In this document: positions 55,521 through 64,000 of the stretch, piece after piece | How the letters are laid out: every line of letters starts with the position of its first letter | How positions within the stretch are numbered: position 1 is the stretch's first letter | Source: an uncultured Bacilli bacterium | Lineage (GTDB): Bacteria > Bacillota_I > Bacilli_A > RF39 > UBA660 | Length of the DNA: 64,000 nt | Reading direction: 5' to 3' | NCBI GenBank assembly: GCA_947598485.1 | Contig: CANQFJ010000005.1 | Span: forward strand, 3,387-67,386 | Program-made: the position numbers and the translations under genes | The notes under the pieces: generated by a model | What the model was told of the DNA's origin: nothing | Database searches by the model: none | The model's input: the letters and a program-made list of their open reading frames with translations, nothing else

Positions 55521-56399
55521 ATGGAAATTACTGCAAGTTTAGTAAAAGAACTTAGAGAAGTAACTGGTGCTGGTATGATGGATTGTAAAAAGGCGCTAAG
55601 TGAAACTAATGGTAACATGGATGAAGCTGTAAATTGGCTTAGAGAAAAGGGCATAGCTAAATCTGCTAAAAAAGAAAGCCGTATTGCTGCTGAAGGTCTT
55701 GCTAATATTTATGTTGATGGTAATAATGCTGTTATTGTTGAAGTAAATAGTGAAACAGATTTCGTTAGTAAAAATGAAGAATTCGTTTCTATGATTGATA
55801 CTATCGGTAATACAATATTAAAATCAGATGCTACAACTTTAGAAGAAGCAAATGATTTAGATACTGGTGATGGTACTATTGCTGATTTAATAATTGCTAA
55901 AACTGCTAAGATTGGTGAAAAATTATCTTTGAGAAGATTTGTTAAATTAACTAAGAAAGATAATGAAAGCTTTGGGGCATATATCCATATGGGTGGTAAA
56001 ATTGCTGCTTTAACAGTTGTTGCTGATGCTTCTGAAGAAGTTGCTAAAGAAGTTGCAATGCAAGCTGCTGCTATGAGACCTTTATATACTTTTATAGAAG
56101 AGGTTCCCGCAGACCTTCTTGATGCTGAAAAAAATGTTCAAAGAGAACTTGCTATTAATGAAGGAAAACCTGCAGATATAGCGGAAAAAATGGTTGAAGG
56201 TCGTATCAAAAAGTATTATAAAGAAATATGTTTAAATGAACAACCATATATCAAAGATGGCGATATTTCCGTAGGTACTTATGTTAAAAATAATGGTGGT
56301 TCTATTGTTAATATGGTAAGATACGAAGTAGGCGAAGGCATGGAAAAAAGAAATGAAAACTTTGCTGAAGAAGTTATGAACCAAGTAAACGGAAAGTAA
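55521..56399 (+). CDS. tsf: translation elongation factor Ts
   Basis: LVKELREVTGAGMMDCKKAL UBA-like N-terminus and conserved core. Confidence 0.95.
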   Translation: MEITASLVKELREVTGAGMMDCKKALSETNGNMDEAVNWLREKGIAKSAKKESRIAAEGLANIYVDGNNAVIVEVNSETDFVSKNEEFVSMIDTIGNTILKSDATTLEEANDLDTGDGTIADLIIAKTAKIGEKLSLRRFVKLTKKDNESFGAYIHMGGKIAALTVVADASEEVAKEVAMQAAAMRPLYTFIEEVPADLLDAEKNVQRELAINEGKPADIAEKMVEGRIKKYYKEICLNEQPYIKDGDISVGTYVKNNGGSIVNMVRYEVGEGMEKRNENFAEEVMNQVNGK

Positions 56400-56407
56400 T
56401 AAAAAGA

Positions 56408-56429
56408 AAGCCCGCGGAATGCGGGTTTT
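56408..56429 (+). terminator. rho-independent terminator after tsf
   Basis: CCCGC-GGAAT-GCGGG followed by TTTT. Confidence 0.7.
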
Positions 56430-56487
56430 AATTTGACTATTACAAATTATTATGATAAATTATATTGGCTTGTTAAGGGGGATACCA

Positions 56488-58101
56488 ATGCAACTATACA
56501 TGACTGATAAAGCTATTGAATTTAATAGTGAATATGAGAAATTACAAAGAGTTCTTGATGCCTTAAAAGAGGCTCATATGGACGTTTCTAGTGAAAGAAA
56601 AAAAGCTTTAGATTTAAAAAACGAAGTTGATCATGATGCTTTGCATGCTATTAGTACAGTCGGAATTGAAAAGGCATATGACAAAGGGCTAAAAGGTCTA
56701 AGTGAAATTAGTGATAATTTAAAAAAACATGAGGTATATTATAACGCTTATACATCTGCTGGAGATATTGAAACTAAGATTAGTGGCCAAGATGTAAGTC
56801 AAGACCAACTAAAATCTTTTGCGGATATAACTATTAGTCTTTTAAAAAAGATTAATGCTTCCGATACAAGGGTATTCCAAAGTGAAGAAAGCATTGTTGA
56901 TAAAGTATATGATGTAGCTTATAGCATTATCAAACTTGAGTTATTAACATCAGGCACTAGTGAGGTTTTAACTTGGGTTAAATCTGATAGTGTAGCTTCT
57001 AATCTTATTGATACTCGTATTTTTGAAGATATTGCTAAAGTTCCTAAAGACTCTACAGTATATGGTCAAATTAGGACGATGCTTGCGGATATCAATGTTG
57101 GCAGAGTAACTAATGCTAATGATGTTAACTCCGGTTTAAATTATACAGCTTTAAATGAAGGCTTCATATTATTTTTAGCTCTTCAAGATAGCGGTAACGT
57201 TCAAAAAATTCAAAATTATCTTCTTGAAACAATAAATGATATATTAGAAAATGAAAAAGAAGCCAAAAGACAAAAACATGAGAATATTGATCATCAAACC
57301 AATGCTGATATCTTTAAGGAGAAAATTAAAGAATCTCGCTTTTATAAACAAATAGCTTTAGGTCTTGGCTTAATTGCCATTTTAGTAGGCATTAAGCAAG
57401 GTTCTGATGCTTTAGCTAAGACCTTTGGTCATGACGAATTTAGAACACGGGTTGATTATTATTCTTCTGAACAAGGTGAATTACCGGAATATCCTGAATT
57501 TATGAAGAAAATAGATGATTATTCCCAAACGACTCTTAAAGCATATGGGACTTGGAATAGAGAAAATGTCTTTTATGGAGACTATGAAAGAGATGTTGTA
57601 GTATTTGACTTATCGGGTATTGATTTAGATAATCTTGATGATTATGCTTCTATAGATTTTTCACATTTAACACCAACTTCAAAAGCCATTGAAACTTCAG
57701 AAGAATTAGATCCTAGTATGCTATATGATGATGCCATTATCGAAATTACTCGTCTTATTCAGGATCCTAATGACACCGTTTTTGTCCCTAATGAAAAGGC
57801 TCAAAATATTTTTATTACTGTAATTTCTGTTATAGAATGCATTGTTGCAAGTGTAGGATTAGGTTTTCTTCTTGATAAAATGTTTAAAAATATTGCCGAG
57901 ACATTTGCAAGCGGAAAGCTTAGAAAACAAGAACTTAAATTTTTAAAAGAAGGCTTAGAAAAATATAAAATGCTTACCGAAAAAAATGAAGAGTTTAAAA
58001 AACGCTTCTTAGAAAGTTATCAAAAATACTCTAGTATCATTAGTGATAGTAATATTAAAGAACAATGTGAGAGTCTTTTAAAAAGGATAAAAAACGAATA
58101 G
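56488..58101 (+). CDS. large coiled-coil membrane protein (2 TM), unknown function
   Basis: ATG at 56488 preceded by AAGGGGGA. TM helices at IALGLGLIAILVGI and IFITVISVIECIVASVGLGFLL. Confidence 0.5.
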   Translation: MQLYMTDKAIEFNSEYEKLQRVLDALKEAHMDVSSERKKALDLKNEVDHDALHAISTVGIEKAYDKGLKGLSEISDNLKKHEVYYNAYTSAGDIETKISGQDVSQDQLKSFADITISLLKKINASDTRVFQSEESIVDKVYDVAYSIIKLELLTSGTSEVLTWVKSDSVASNLIDTRIFEDIAKVPKDSTVYGQIRTMLADINVGRVTNANDVNSGLNYTALNEGFILFLALQDSGNVQKIQNYLLETINDILENEKEAKRQKHENIDHQTNADIFKEKIKESRFYKQIALGLGLIAILVGIKQGSDALAKTFGHDEFRTRVDYYSSEQGELPEYPEFMKKIDDYSQTTLKAYGTWNRENVFYGDYERDVVVFDLSGIDLDNLDDYASIDFSHLTPTSKAIETSEELDPSMLYDDAIIEITRLIQDPNDTVFVPNEKAQNIFITVISVIECIVASVGLGFLLDKMFKNIAETFASGKLRKQELKFLKEGLEKYKMLTEKNEEFKKRFLESYQKYSSIISDSNIKEQCESLLKRIKNE

Positions 58102-58162
58102 TTTTATTTACATAGCCCTTTGTAAAGGGTTTTTTTATGTAAGAAATTATGTTAAAATTAAG

Positions 58163-58795
58163 ATGGTGAACATAATGAAAAAAAATGAAGCCCATCCAAT
58201 AACAATTAAACTTTTTAAAAACAATGTTCAAGCAGTTATATATATAATTTTATTTTTTGTGTTACTCGCAGGATTTATTTATTTTGGTAATAAAGAGTAT
58301 AAATCTAACGATAACGATAATGAAAAGTTTTCTAGTGAACATAGTGGAGCTAATCAAAATAATGTTTTTAAATATATTAATGTTAAACAGGCTTATAACT
58401 TGGTAAGAAACGATGATTGCCTTTTATTTTTAGGAATGTCGAATAATGAAAATGTAACATATTATGCTAATGTTTTAGATGATGTTGCTAAAGAACTAGG
58501 AATTAGTAATATAAATTATTATGATATTGAAGATGATCGGCAAAATAGAAATGCTACATATGAAAGCATTATTAATTATTTTAAAGATTATATTACCTAT
58601 ACGGACGATGATAATATTGACTTACATGTTCCTACTTTAATTGTTAAAAAAAATGGCGAAGTACTATTATTTGATGATGAAGAAGCATTTAGAAAAGGAA
58701 ATATTTCCAATGAAGAGTATTGGGCTAATATAACTTTTGATAAAAAGACAATTATAACTAGTGCATTAACTGATTATTTGGAAAAGGAGAAGTAA
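58163..58795 (+). CDS. membrane-anchored thioredoxin-fold protein lacking CxxC
   Basis: N-terminal TM. LLFLGMSNNENVTYY...VPTLIVKKNGEVL resembles a thioredoxin fold but has no redox cysteines. The start may be the ATG at 58175. Confidence 0.45.
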   Translation: MVNIMKKNEAHPITIKLFKNNVQAVIYIILFFVLLAGFIYFGNKEYKSNDNDNEKFSSEHSGANQNNVFKYINVKQAYNLVRNDDCLLFLGMSNNENVTYYANVLDDVAKELGISNINYYDIEDDRQNRNATYESIINYFKDYITYTDDDNIDLHVPTLIVKKNGEVLLFDDEEAFRKGNISNEEYWANITFDKKTIITSALTDYLEKEK

Positions 58796-58797
58796 AA

Positions 58798-59547
58798 ATG
58801 GAAGAACGTAATGGTTTTAAATTTGGAATCTTTATTGTTATAGTTTTAATTATTATTATAGGTGGTTTTGTTTTAATGAAAAAAAGCACTAATTTTGGAA
58901 CAAAAGAAGAAACAAAAAAAGATTTCTTTGATAGTGAAACTAAACGCAAAGATATTAGAATTGATAAAGACAAAGATTATATTTATTTTACCGATTATGA
59001 AGTCTATGAAGATAAACTTGATATTGATTTTGAAAAAGTTTATATTAATTTCAAAGATGATAATAATATAGCTAAAACTTTGAATGACGAAAATGCCTCA
59101 TTTAAAGCAAATATCAAAAAAGATAACAATGAAAAAGATGCTCCCTACGATAAGTTAAGTTATGCCAAGTATTCTAAATACGAATTATATACTTATGGTG
59201 ATTACATTACTCTTTTAGTTAAATATTATACTTATACTACGGAAAATTTTATATCTTTTATCTCGTCTAAGGCCTATGTATTTAATTTAAATAATGGTAA
59301 TTTAGTTACAAACGAAGAACTAATTAAAAAATATAATATAACTTTAAATGATATAAATACCAAAATATCTGATTTTGTTGTTGGTCAAGATTTAATTAAG
59401 GATGGCGAGAAACTAGATGCCGATGCTACAGTCGCAGCGAATAAAGATAATTTAGTTTTATATGTTGATAAACTAGGTAAGCTTAATGCCTCAATTCTTG
59501 TCAAAAGTGATAAAAAAGATTATAATGATAATGTAATATTGAGTTAA
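58798..59547 (+). CDS. membrane-anchored extracytoplasmic protein, unknown function
   Basis: N-terminal TM. RBS GGAGAAG. Confidence 0.45.
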   Translation: MEERNGFKFGIFIVIVLIIIIGGFVLMKKSTNFGTKEETKKDFFDSETKRKDIRIDKDKDYIYFTDYEVYEDKLDIDFEKVYINFKDDNNIAKTLNDENASFKANIKKDNNEKDAPYDKLSYAKYSKYELYTYGDYITLLVKYYTYTTENFISFISSKAYVFNLNNGNLVTNEELIKKYNITLNDINTKISDFVVGQDLIKDGEKLDADATVAANKDNLVLYVDKLGKLNASILVKSDKKDYNDNVILS

Positions 59548-59555
59548 GGAGAACA

Positions 59556-60083
59556 ATGAATACTGAAAGTAAAATGAGTAAAACACTTGAAAGTGTTAAA
59601 GAAAGACTTACTACTATTAGAGCAGGAAGAGCTAATCCTGCGATGCTAAATGGCATTATGGTAAGCTATTATGGTACACCTACACCAATCCAAAGTGTAG
59701 CAAACATTACGGTTCCTGAAGCAAGACAACTTTTAATTAAGCCTTTTGATAAATCTTGTATTAAAGATATAGAAAAAGCTATTATTGAGGCTAACTTAGG
59801 AGTAAATCCTACGAATAATGGGGAAATGGTTATTATTACAATTCCTGAGCTTACTGAAGATAGAAGAAGAGAATATGTTAAACTTGCCAAAGGAATTGGT
59901 GAAGAAGGTAAGGTAGCGCTTAGAAATATTCGTCAAGAGGATAAAGATGAAATACTGGCTGCTAAATACCCTGAAGACGAAGAAAAGCTTATGCTTGATG
60001 ATTTGCAAGAAACAATTAATAAATATACAAAATTAATTGATGAAGAAATTAAGATAAAAGAAGAAGAATTAATGAAGGTATAG
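59556..60083 (+). CDS. frr: ribosome recycling factor
   Basis: LTTIRAGRANPAMLNGIMVSYYGTPTPI and LTEDRRREYVKLAK motifs. Confidence 0.95.
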   Translation: MNTESKMSKTLESVKERLTTIRAGRANPAMLNGIMVSYYGTPTPIQSVANITVPEARQLLIKPFDKSCIKDIEKAIIEANLGVNPTNNGEMVIITIPELTEDRRREYVKLAKGIGEEGKVALRNIRQEDKDEILAAKYPEDEEKLMLDDLQETINKYTKLIDEEIKIKEEELMKV

Positions 60084-60084
60084 T

Positions 60085-60621
60085 ATGGATAAAATTACTA
60101 AGATAGTTTTATCCGTTTTAGGAATTCTAATTGCTATTGTTATACTCGTTGTGATAATTGTTAATATTCCTAAGAAGAATGATAATTATGATATATCCAT
60201 GATGCATGAAGTTAATACTCAAGATATACTAGGGATGTTTAATGATAAAGGAACTTATGTAGTCCTTTTTGGCAACGAAACTTGTGATGTATGTGAAAGA
60301 TTACTTCCTAAAATGGCTGAAGCCCAAAAACAGCTTAATTATGTTACCCAATATATAGATGTCCTATCAATTGATTTTGATTCTGAAACATGGAAGGCTT
60401 TATACGATAAGCTAGATATGAAATCAACTCAAACTATGTCTGAAGATGGTAGTGGACCAAAAGTTACGGATACTTATGGTTATTTTATACAGCAAAAAAT
60501 GGCTCCGATTGTTGTAATTATAAAAAATGGTAAACAAACAGGAGGATTCATCGGAGGCGTTGATCAAACAAATTTAATTGGCTGGCTTAAAGTTAAAATA
60601 GCTAATAATACAAATGAATGA
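60085..60621 (+). CDS. membrane-anchored thioredoxin-like protein (CDVC active site)
   Basis: N-terminal TM. VVLFGNETCDVCERLLP and PIVVIIKNGK fit the thioredoxin-fold pattern. Confidence 0.55.
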   Translation: MDKITKIVLSVLGILIAIVILVVIIVNIPKKNDNYDISMMHEVNTQDILGMFNDKGTYVVLFGNETCDVCERLLPKMAEAQKQLNYVTQYIDVLSIDFDSETWKALYDKLDMKSTQTMSEDGSGPKVTDTYGYFIQQKMAPIVVIIKNGKQTGGFIGGVDQTNLIGWLKVKIANNTNE

Positions 60622-60683
60622 TATCAAGACAAAACTTGATATTTTTTTATATATGATATATATTGTTCATAAGGGTGATAGAT

Positions 60684-61439
60684 ATGAAAAAAATCATACT
60701 TATTTTAACTATTCTTCTTCTAGCTACAGGTTGTAATATTTTAAACTCTAAAGATAATAGTGATGCTAAAGAAGAACCATATACTTTAACAAGTGATCAA
60801 GATAAAATTGCAAATAGAATAGTTAATTTATTAGACCCTCAATTTGAAAATAAAGAATTTAATGATCTTACAGATTATTATAAAGTAGAATTATTATATT
60901 ATATTGCCGAAGCAGAAAATGAAGATGTTAATGGTTATCCATTATTTGATAACCCAGAGCTTTATTTAAATAAAAAGAATTTTGAGATGTTAACAAGAAG
61001 ATATTTTGGACCTGAAGCCAAAATTGATATGGTTGATATTTATTGTCCTTTTTGTGATAAAGTATATTACTATTACAATGAACAAAGTGAGTCATATATG
61101 GAAAATACTGAACATTTAGGCCATGGGGCAAGTTTTCCTATTATAAAAAGGAAACAAATGGGAGTATTTAAAAAGGGAAATATGATTAGCATTAAGTATA
61201 AAACTTTATTTTCTAACTATGTTGATATAGGTTCTCCCGAAAAATTTTATAAAAGTATAAACGATGCTATATGGGATAAAAACGCCGTTGCTTCTTTTAG
61301 TGATTATTGCTGGGGTGATGATTTTGATTTTAATTGTGATTATGATAAAATGTTTAATGAAATAGACTTTGACATTTTTAGCTATAATTTTAGACTTGAT
61401 GGGGATAATTTTTACTTTATTAATTATACTATAGAGTGA
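60684..61439 (+). CDS. lipoprotein, unknown function
   Basis: MKKIILILTILLLATGC lipobox. ATG at 60684 follows AAGGGTGA. Confidence 0.55.
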   Translation: MKKIILILTILLLATGCNILNSKDNSDAKEEPYTLTSDQDKIANRIVNLLDPQFENKEFNDLTDYYKVELLYYIAEAENEDVNGYPLFDNPELYLNKKNFEMLTRRYFGPEAKIDMVDIYCPFCDKVYYYYNEQSESYMENTEHLGHGASFPIIKRKQMGVFKKGNMISIKYKTLFSNYVDIGSPEKFYKSINDAIWDKNAVASFSDYCWGDDFDFNCDYDKMFNEIDFDIFSYNFRLDGDNFYFINYTIE

Positions 61440-61444
61440 GGAAT

Positions 61445-61579
61445 ATGAAAAAGATATTAGAATATAAAAATTTAATTATGGCTGTTATAGTATTAATTTT
61501 ATTTGCTGCATGTTTTATGCCTACGAATGAAACTACGGAGCAAAAAGAAACATCTCAATATGTTGAAACGTTAGAATAA
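61445..61579 (+). CDS. 44-aa small lipoprotein-like peptide (below track cutoff)
   Basis: Hand translation: MKKILEYKNLIMAVIVLILFAACFMPTNETTEQKETSQYVETLE. RBS GAGTGAGG. Confidence 0.3.
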   Translation: MKKILEYKNLIMAVIVLILFAACFMPTNETTEQKETSQYVETLE

Positions 61580-61698
61580 TAAAATTGATATTTAAATACA
61601 TTATGCCTACTTAGTAAACTGATTGTTAAGCTGCTTTAAATTGGCTAAAAAAGACATTAATTATGCTAAAATAATTAATGATAATAGGAGTGGACATA

Positions 61699-63927
61699 AT
61701 GAAAGAAGAATGGAAAGAATTTAATGAAGGTTTATGGTGTAATAGCATAAATGTGGCAGATTTTATTAAGTGCAATTATACACCATATGAGGATGATGAA
61801 TCCTTTTTAGAAAAAGCTACGGATAAAACTATAAAAGTATGGAATAAATGTTCTGATTTATTAAAAGAAGAGTTAAAAAAAGGTGTCCTTGATATAGACA
61901 CTGACCATATGTCGGGTATTAATAATTTTGCTCCCGGTTATATTTGTGAGGATGATAATGTAATTGTCGGTCTTCAAACGGATAAACCACTTAAAAGAAT
62001 GATAAATCCATATGGTGGAATAAGAATGGTATACTCATCACTAGAGGCTTATAATTATCAGTTAAATCCTGAAGTAAATCATTACTTTAACGAATTTCGT
62101 AAAACTCATAATCAAGGTGTATTTGATGTCTATACCCCAGAGATAAGAAAGGCTCGTCATGTTGGCTTATTAACAGGGCTTCCTGATGCCTATGGTCGAG
62201 GAAGAATTATTGGCGATTATCGTAGAATTGCACTATATGGCATAGATTTTTTAATGGAACAAAAGAAAAAGGAGTGGGAAGCTCCATGTGGCCGAATGAA
62301 TAATGGTTTAATTCGGCAAAGAGAAGAATTATCTGAACAATATCGGGCCCTAGATAAGATGAAACAAATGGCTCAAAGCTATGGTTTTGACATATCAAGG
62401 CCTGCCGCGAATGCCAAAGAAGCTATTCAATGGACATATTTTGGCTATCTTGCTGCCGTTAAAGAAAATAATGGGGCAGCAATGAGCTTAGGTAGAGTAG
62501 ATGCCTTTTTAGATATTTATATCGAAAGAGATTTAAAAAATGGCCTTATTACCGAAAAAGAGGCTCAAGAATTAATTGACCAATTTGTAATTAAACTTCG
62601 CTTAGTAAGACACTTAAGAACTCCTGAATATGATGAATTATTTTCTGGTGATCCAACGTGGGTAACTTGTTCAATCGGAGGTATGACTACCGAAGGAAGA
62701 AATATGGTTACTAAAACTTCTTATCGGATTTTAAATACTTTATCTAATCTTGATCCTGCGCCAGAGCCTAACATGACCGTATTATGGAGTAATAATTTAC
62801 CTGAAGCTTGGAAAAAATATTGTGCTAAAATGAGTATTGATACTGATTCTATTCAATATGAAAATGATGATTTAATGCGACCAATTTATGGTGATGATTA
62901 TGCTATAGCGTGTTGTGTATCTGCTATGCGCGTAGGTAAAGATATGCAATTTTTTGGTGCTCGCTGTAATCTTGCTAAGTCTTTACTTTATTCTATAAAT
63001 GGGGGAGTAGATGAAAAAACAAATGACCTTGTTTTGGAAAACTTTCCTAAAAATACTGATGAATATTTAGATTATGATAAAGTGAAGGAACAGTATTTTA
63101 AAGTACTGGAAAAAGTAGCGCAAATTTATAGTGATGCGATGAATATTATCCACTATATGCATGATAAATATGCTTATGAAGCTGGACAAATGGCTTTGCA
63201 TGATACTGATGTTCATCGCTATATGGCCTATGGTGTTGCGGGTCTTTCTGTTGTTGCGGATTCTTTATCCGCAATTAAATATGCTAAAGTAAAGCCTGTT
63301 AGAAATGAAGATGGTATCGCGGTTGATTTCGAAGTTGAAGGGGATTTTCCTAAATATGGTAATGATGATGATAGAGTTGATAATATAGCTAAAGAAGTTC
63401 TTAATAAATTTTTTAGTGAACTTAAAAAATATTATTGTTATCGTAAAGCCGAACCTACAATGTCAGTGCTTACAATTACGTCAAATGTTGTGTATGGTTC
63501 AAAAACAGGATCTACTCCAGATGGTCGAAAAGATGGGGAACCTTTTGCTCCAGGCGCTAATCCTATGCATGGCAGAGATGAAAATGGTGCTATTGCTAGT
63601 TTAAATAGTGTTGCTAAGCTTGAATATGCAACTTGCTGTAAAGATGGCATATCTAATACATTTTCAATTGTACCATCGGCTTTAGGAATGGATAAAAATA
63701 ATCAGATTGAAAACTTAGTTACTTTACTTGATGGTTATTTTAAACAAAATGCTCATCATTTAAACGTTAACGTTTTAACAAGAGATACATTAATAGATGC
63801 GATGAATAATCCTGAAAAATATCCTCTTTTGACAATTAGAGTTTCAGGCTATGCCGTAAGATTTAATCGTTTAACTAGAAAACAACAAGAAGAAGTAATT
63901 TCAAGAACGTTTCATGAGAAGATATAA
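61699..63927 (+). CDS. pflB: formate C-acetyltransferase (pyruvate formate-lyase)
   Basis: Glycyl-radical motif RVSGYAVRF and active-site CCVS region. ATG at 61699 follows TAGGAG. Confidence 0.95.
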   Translation: MKEEWKEFNEGLWCNSINVADFIKCNYTPYEDDESFLEKATDKTIKVWNKCSDLLKEELKKGVLDIDTDHMSGINNFAPGYICEDDNVIVGLQTDKPLKRMINPYGGIRMVYSSLEAYNYQLNPEVNHYFNEFRKTHNQGVFDVYTPEIRKARHVGLLTGLPDAYGRGRIIGDYRRIALYGIDFLMEQKKKEWEAPCGRMNNGLIRQREELSEQYRALDKMKQMAQSYGFDISRPAANAKEAIQWTYFGYLAAVKENNGAAMSLGRVDAFLDIYIERDLKNGLITEKEAQELIDQFVIKLRLVRHLRTPEYDELFSGDPTWVTCSIGGMTTEGRNMVTKTSYRILNTLSNLDPAPEPNMTVLWSNNLPEAWKKYCAKMSIDTDSIQYENDDLMRPIYGDDYAIACCVSAMRVGKDMQFFGARCNLAKSLLYSINGGVDEKTNDLVLENFPKNTDEYLDYDKVKEQYFKVLEKVAQIYSDAMNIIHYMHDKYAYEAGQMALHDTDVHRYMAYGVAGLSVVADSLSAIKYAKVKPVRNEDGIAVDFEVEGDFPKYGNDDDRVDNIAKEVLNKFFSELKKYYCYRKAEPTMSVLTITSNVVYGSKTGSTPDGRKDGEPFAPGANPMHGRDENGAIASLNSVAKLEYATCCKDGISNTFSIVPSALGMDKNNQIENLVTLLDGYFKQNAHHLNVNVLTRDTLIDAMNNPEKYPLLTIRVSGYAVRFNRLTRKQQEEVISRTFHEKI

Positions 63928-64000
63928 TGACAGGAGCAGTAGATTCTATAGAAACTTTTGGCTTAGTTGATGGACCTGGCATTAGAACAGTAGTTTTTTT
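63927..64000 (+). CDS. pflA: pyruvate formate-lyase activating enzyme, 5-prime fragment (runs off window)
   Basis: [24 protein letters not shown] is the typical PflA N-terminus. TAATG overlap with pflB. Confidence 0.8.
   Translation, partial: MTGAVDSIETFGLVDGPGIRTVVF

Noticed and set aside
6910-63650. Many 60-105-aa ORFs on the opposite strand or in alternative frames inside larger genes. Examples: 6910-7110, 7816-8034, 8838-9104, 9183-9365, 9811-10053, 10210-10783, 15128-15328, 17025-17764, 18867-19117, 19851-20082, 21071-21277, 21852-22046, 26061-26279, 27330-27551, 29611-29823, 30618-30938, 31283-31895, 33515-33799, 34020-34280, 35102-35410, 38147-38338, 41171-41389, 43044-43250, 48107-48322, 51355-51549, 52114-52340, 58758-58973, 59669-60008, 60928-61131, 62207-62398, 63416-63650.
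   Set aside because: These are shadow ORFs. They are fully embedded in well-supported genes, have no SD, and show low-complexity S/L/F/I-rich translations typical of antisense AT-rich coding DNA.

Overview
The window is low-GC (about 30 percent) Firmicutes/Bacillota chromosome, probably from a spore-former (rpsT-spoIIP-yqxA-lepA-hemW synteny). It carries a prophage of about 37.9 kb inserted in the 3-prime end of tRNA-Arg(CCG).

Host left flank: cdsA (5-prime partial), rseP and tRNA-Arg.

Prophage (about 1921-39863), in order:
- Tyrosine integrase, a small membrane protein translationally coupled to a CI-like HTH/S24 repressor, and a divergent switch with three GACAAATTGTC operators and a Cro-like gene.
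- Early genes: DnaD-like replisome organiser with internal iterons, ERF annealase, PD-(D/E)XK nuclease, NinB-like protein, two SSBs, a MazG-like NTP-PPase and many small ORFs.
- A region-4-like late regulator, TerS and TerL.
- Portal, scaffold and major capsid. The capsid stop is followed by a 195-aa Ig-like ORF with no start codon, reachable by a +1 shift at CCC-UAG.
- Putative adaptor and nozzle, and a 2245-aa multidomain virion protein with an HExxH motif.
- Fibres (H-type-lectin-like, collagen-like and YWLRSP-type), holin, endolysin and an orphan HNH gene at the right arm.

No tail-tube, chaperone or tape-measure set is recognisable, so the layout looks podovirus/T7-like rather than siphovirus-like.

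Host right flank: a GT-C-like membrane protein, tmcAL, miaA, a transglutaminase-like protein, rpsT, spoIIP, yqxA-like, lepA, hemW, GDPD, murG, murB, divIB, queH, rpsB (with a C-terminal extension), tsf, three membrane proteins, frr, a thioredoxin-like protein, a lipoprotein, pflB and the start of pflA.

No cas genes, reverse transcriptase, restriction-modification system or other named defence system could be recognised by eye.

The most interesting signals:
- The capsid +1 frameshift extension.
- The giant polyvalent-like virion protein.
- The tRNA repair signature at the att sites, with direct-repeat arm sites.
- A 15-23 bp motif repeated upstream of early genes, bracketing an HTH gene plus a 0.5-kb non-coding cassette.
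- A conserved gene-junction cassette repeated four times.
- A micro-ORF enclosed by a 12-bp long-range inverted repeat next to attR.
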